A stretch of DNA of 29,791 nucleotides from a virus (lineage: Duplodnaviria; Caudoviricetes). Position numbers and translations under genes: made by a program. This document shows positions 26,192-29,791 of this stretch, in pieces; the stretch's first letter is position 1; each line of letters starts with the position of its first letter. The notes beneath the pieces were generated by a model. The model searched no databases and was not told the DNA's origin. It saw only the letters and a program-made list of their open reading frames with translations. Location of the stretch: the IMG/VR virus record IMGVR_UViG_3300005764_000061, positions 1-29,791 of that record; one strand, given 5' to 3'.

Positions 26192-28357
26192 ATGAGTCGT
26201 ATTCTTCCCGGACAACCCCCGATTCTCTTCCGGCCCAACGTCTGGACCAAAGACCAGCAGGACGATATCGTCCGCATCTGGCAGGATCTGAGGACCTATG
26301 CCGGTCGGACGGCCGATCCGTTGACCACATCGACCGTGGTGGCGACGACCACCGTCATCACGCCCACTATCGTCACCCAGCAGATCGGCCCGATCCGCTT
26401 CGCCCAGCAATACACGGGTGCCGATGATGCCGCGAGAATTGCGGCGGCAACCGCGAGCCTTCCTGCAACCGGAGGGGAAGTCTGGGCATCGGAAGGTAAT
26501 CAAACGTGGTCGACGAATCCGTTTACCGGGGTGACGATTCCCGTCGTGTTCCGGCTGGGGGCGGGGACGACCACCATCCCCTCGTCGATGACGATTCCAA
26601 GTAACGTCGAAGTGAAACTGCCGGACGGCGCGATATTTTCCGTCGCCTCCGGTCAGACTTTCAGCCTACGGGTGTCGGATGCCTCGTCATTGAGTCAGCA
26701 TTTCACAGGACCGGGTTCCATCATCCTGCGCAATGGCATCGTGCATACGCGGTGGTTTGATAACGGCACCCACACGGATGTGCCGTTCCAGTTGGCCGTC
26801 AATGCGTGTCAAGCCGGCATGGTACGTGTCAATGACGTGCTGACACTCGGCGCGACGGTCGTGGTTCGGAACAAAGCGATCACCATCGACTGCGGCGGGA
26901 TTGCCATGTTCTCCAGTGCGTTGCCCGGACAAGGCGGCTTTCTGTGGAATGGTCCGGCGAATCAGCCGATGCTGGAAATCATCAGCGTGGCGACGATCAT
27001 CCAGAACGCCCGCTTCTACGGCAAGTCCTCGGCGCGTCCCCGATCGGCCATTTCTTTCATCTACAACTCTTCGGTCAGCGGCGGTGTGGGTTCGAACATT
27101 GTCCGCAATGTGCATATCGGCGGACTCGGAGCCGATACCGGTTACAACGCTTGGGATTCGCTGGTGAACGGGATCTGGATTGGGGATACCTACGATTCCG
27201 GTATGGGCGGAGTGAACGATCACATCCAGATCGAGAGTTCCCGGATCTGGGGCTATACGAATGCGGGCATCCGCCAGGGGAGCATTCAAAACAGTCTCGG
27301 CCACTTCCGGGAAGTCAATTTCTCACAGGGGGTCTATGCCTTCTGGCTGGTCTCGACGATATCGCTGCATTCCTGCTTTGCCGCATCGATGTCCGGACCC
27401 GTGATTTATGTGCCGCCGACGGATGATTACGCCCAATCGGTGAGTCCGGAAATCTGGGGCCACGATGTCGAGTCGGAGCAGTGTGGCCGGTATCTCTCGA
27501 TGGATGGAAATGCGCTGGTTCGCATTTTCGGCGGAGGCTTTGCCTCGTCCTCTTCCATGGCGGCGGATCTCGGAGTGATTCTCGGCAAGAACAACAATGC
27601 GCAGAGTGTCTATATTTCCGATTTCATCTATCAGGATCTGGGTGGGGGGAGTTCCTGGAAGATCACCCTCCAAGCATCGGATGCCTCGCACGCCGCATTC
27701 AAGATTTTGGAGTATCACGGCTATGGGCCGCAGCCGACCATCGATATGCTTGCGACCACGGGTGTGGAAGCCCTACTGGCCAGCCGCTCGCTGGCATTTC
27801 TGGATGCCACGTCGATTTCCAATTACACCTCGAATCAATTTCCATACTCACGCAATGTCCTGATCGGCAGTGGATCGGAATATTCGACTTACGATGACTC
27901 GAAATTCCACATCCCGACTCGGGGTTTGCGCGTCGGGGATTCGCAGAATACAGCGGGCGCGTGGGAAATCTCGACAGCCAGTTTCATCCTGAAACCCGTG
28001 AATGGAACGACGAGCGTGACGGCGACTGGACTGATTCCGGCCAATGTTCTGGTGCTTGGCGTGACGTCGCGGAACCTGAACGGGATCGTCATTACGGCAG
28101 GTACGCTCCGACTCGGATCTGGCACGAGCGCCGCCAAATGGAACGCGAGTTTGGCTGTTGCCGGTAACACATCGACAAACGTCACCAATTGGGACTTTAC
28201 CCAGTTGCCGGGTGGCACGACGAATCCCAGCCCGTACTGGACGAAAACCGCGGAAGATGTCGTGGCCAGCGTGTCGGGGGGAACATTCGGGGCGTCCAGC
28301 GGCTGGATTGTGGTGACGGCCTACTTCATCAAACTGCTGGCCCCTCCGGCGCTTTAG
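26192..28357 (+). CDS. Tail spike/fibre with pectin-lyase-like beta-helix
   Basis: GADDAARIAAA...LPATGGEV, RWF...TD..FQ.AVNA, beta-helix body; C-terminal IPANVLVLGVTSR...GG.F...G.I.V.AY jelly-roll-like domain. Confidence 0.82.
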   Translation: MSRILPGQPPILFRPNVWTKDQQDDIVRIWQDLRTYAGRTADPLTTSTVVATTTVITPTIVTQQIGPIRFAQQYTGADDAARIAAATASLPATGGEVWASEGNQTWSTNPFTGVTIPVVFRLGAGTTTIPSSMTIPSNVEVKLPDGAIFSVASGQTFSLRVSDASSLSQHFTGPGSIILRNGIVHTRWFDNGTHTDVPFQLAVNACQAGMVRVNDVLTLGATVVVRNKAITIDCGGIAMFSSALPGQGGFLWNGPANQPMLEIISVATIIQNARFYGKSSARPRSAISFIYNSSVSGGVGSNIVRNVHIGGLGADTGYNAWDSLVNGIWIGDTYDSGMGGVNDHIQIESSRIWGYTNAGIRQGSIQNSLGHFREVNFSQGVYAFWLVSTISLHSCFAASMSGPVIYVPPTDDYAQSVSPEIWGHDVESEQCGRYLSMDGNALVRIFGGGFASSSSMAADLGVILGKNNNAQSVYISDFIYQDLGGGSSWKITLQASDASHAAFKILEYHGYGPQPTIDMLATTGVEALLASRSLAFLDATSISNYTSNQFPYSRNVLIGSGSEYSTYDDSKFHIPTRGLRVGDSQNTAGAWEISTASFILKPVNGTTSVTATGLIPANVLVLGVTSRNLNGIVITAGTLRLGSGTSAAKWNASLAVAGNTSTNVTNWDFTQLPGGTTNPSPYWTKTAEDVVASVSGGTFGASSGWIVVTAYFIKLLAPPAL

Positions 28358-28361
28358 AACG

Positions 28362-28390
28362 TTCCTATTTATTTGCTGGAGGTGTATAAC
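28362..28390 (+). promoter_or_regulatory. Putative internal promoter
   Basis: TTCCTA, 17-bp spacer, TATAAC, 8 nt before ATG 28399; same layout as the portal promoter. Confidence 0.45.
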
Positions 28391-28398
28391 CAACGCTA

Positions 28399-28887
28399 AT
28401 GACGGGACTGGAAACATTCGATGCCACGACGATCACTCCCGATGCCGCGAATCGTCTGTGGGAACGCGTCCGCCGCCAGGAGATCTGCTTCGACGATTTT
28501 TCGCGTGACAACATGGATCTGTTTGCCCAACGATTGTCCGCGCCGACGACGGCCGCCTTTCTGTACAAAGACGCGGCGCTCGTGACTGCCGAACAGATCG
28601 TTCCACGCTTGAATGCGTACCTCCACTTCTTCCTATGGGACCACTCCCTGAGCGAATCGGAAATGGCCATGGCCGGTCGGCGCATTGCGCGCGATGTGAT
28701 CGACATGTTCCAACTCCATCGTCTCACCGCGCTACCTCCGGCGTTCAACAAGCACGCCTGCCGGATCGCGACACGCGTGGGCTTCCGGTATGAAGGCTTG
28801 ATGAAAGGCGCGTTTCTCTACAAAGACCACTATCACGATGTGGAGATTCGAGGCCTCATGGCTGAGGATCTGAGGAGGTTGATGTAA
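28399..28887 (+). CDS. GNAT/RimJ-like acetyltransferase-fold virion protein
   Basis: LHRLTAL.P..N..A.RIA.RVGF.YEG.MK; usual position upstream of podovirus ejection proteins. Confidence 0.82.
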   Translation: MTGLETFDATTITPDAANRLWERVRRQEICFDDFSRDNMDLFAQRLSAPTTAAFLYKDAALVTAEQIVPRLNAYLHFFLWDHSLSESEMAMAGRRIARDVIDMFQLHRLTALPPAFNKHACRIATRVGFRYEGLMKGAFLYKDHYHDVEIRGLMAEDLRRLM

Positions 28888-29621
28888 TGGGTGCTGCAGC
28901 TCTACCGATCACGATGGGGGCCTCCGCTGGAATGAATCTGCTCGGAGGGATTTTCGGCGGTCCGAAGACCACCAAGATTCCTGCACCGGCAGCAACCTTT
29001 CCCGGCGTACAGCAGGATTACATCAAAGCCCTCACGCAGGCCGGTGTGGCGCCGGCGGCCTTTCAGACGATCTCGGATGCCTCAAAGACGGGACTGCCCA
29101 CCGATGTCGGTCCGATGTTTGAAGCGATGAAGGCCGCCTCGCAACGGGGAATCTCAGAAGGTCGTACGAATTTGATCGAGCAATTCGGTGCCGGAGGCCT
29201 GCGCTATGGCTCGGACATCCTGAAAGCCGGGGTGGATTACGAAGCGCAGACCCAGAAAGATTTCGCATCGATTCTTGCGGGCTATACGCAGCAGGCTTCC
29301 GAAGCTGCAGCGAATCGGCGATTGCAAGCATCGGCCTTGGGGCAAGGGGCGGTTGGGGAATTTGCGGGGGCCATGCATCCGACGGCTGTTGTTGGAGGGC
29401 AGTCGGGATTGTCTCAAGGACTTCAGGCCGGCGGTCAAAGTCTGATGATGATGGCCGCGCTCTTCCCGGATCTGTTCGGTGCGGGTACGGGAACCGAAAG
29501 CGGACTGCCGCCCGTGTCTCTGCCGACAATGACTCCGTCGTTTGGAGCAGGTATTGCGCCATTACCGGCGGGCGAAGATCCATTACTTCAGAACCTGCCC
29601 GGTATTGGGCCTTTAGGATAG
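28887..29621 (+). CDS. Internal virion / DNA ejection protein
   Basis: Gly/Ala-rich amphipathic N-terminus (GASAGMNLLGGIFGG), FGAGGLRYGS motif; gene order fits. Confidence 0.7.
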   Translation: MGAAALPITMGASAGMNLLGGIFGGPKTTKIPAPAATFPGVQQDYIKALTQAGVAPAAFQTISDASKTGLPTDVGPMFEAMKAASQRGISEGRTNLIEQFGAGGLRYGSDILKAGVDYEAQTQKDFASILAGYTQQASEAAANRRLQASALGQGAVGEFAGAMHPTAVVGGQSGLSQGLQAGGQSLMMMAALFPDLFGAGTGTESGLPPVSLPTMTPSFGAGIAPLPAGEDPLLQNLPGIGPLG

Positions 29622-29625
29622 GTAT

Positions 29626-29791
29626 ATGCCGATTACCGAAACCTCTGGAATTGCGGGAACCGTCGGGGGAGGCGGTGGTGGTGGAAACACCATGGAGCGG
29701 TTCGCCGAAATGATGTTCCGCATGAGGGAGGCGAAACAGCAGGAGGCCGCCCAGAAGTTGGAAACCTCCTTCAAGATCTTCGATGCCACCG
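29626..29791 (+). CDS. Next ejection protein, truncated by the window end
   Basis: MPITETSGIAGTVGGGGGGGNTMERFAEMMFRMREAKQQEAAQK..., open to the end of the window. Confidence 0.65.
   Translation, partial: MPITETSGIAGTVGGGGGGGNTMERFAEMMFRMREAKQQEAAQKLETSFKIFDAT

Noticed and set aside
1-29791. Alternative genetic code (stop reassignment)
   Set aside because: TAA, TAG and TGA all end full-length core genes, and coding density is high under the standard code.

Overview
The window is about 30 kb of a tailed dsDNA phage or prophage with podovirus-like (short-tail, P22/T7-type) gene order, and nearly all genes lie on the + strand. Bases 1-2.1 kb hold a repeat-rich, G-skewed region followed by small hypothetical genes. 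Bases 2.2-4.9 kb are an accessory island: a Tat-exported protein, a 3-TM membrane protein, a Cys-rich metallothionein-like peptide and a secreted PQQ-type beta-propeller. Bases 5.1-13.7 kb encode packaging and head genes (TerS-like, TerL, portal, scaffold, decoration protein, major capsid protein, two paralogous 98-aa proteins). Bases 13.7-20.7 kb are the most unusual part: fibre/adhesin-like genes inside the virion operon, most with Sec-type signal peptides and several with paired cysteines. Bases 20.7-29.8 kb encode an adaptor, KTSC protein, an apparently split nozzle with Ig/LamG domains, a tail spike, a GNAT protein and ejection proteins. The intergenic gaps contain several antisense extended -10 promoters that point at candidate sRNAs and an unannotated 36-aa membrane peptide. 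No integrase, tRNA, rRNA, CRISPR array or endolysin was seen. All calls come from motif recognition by eye; no database searches were run.
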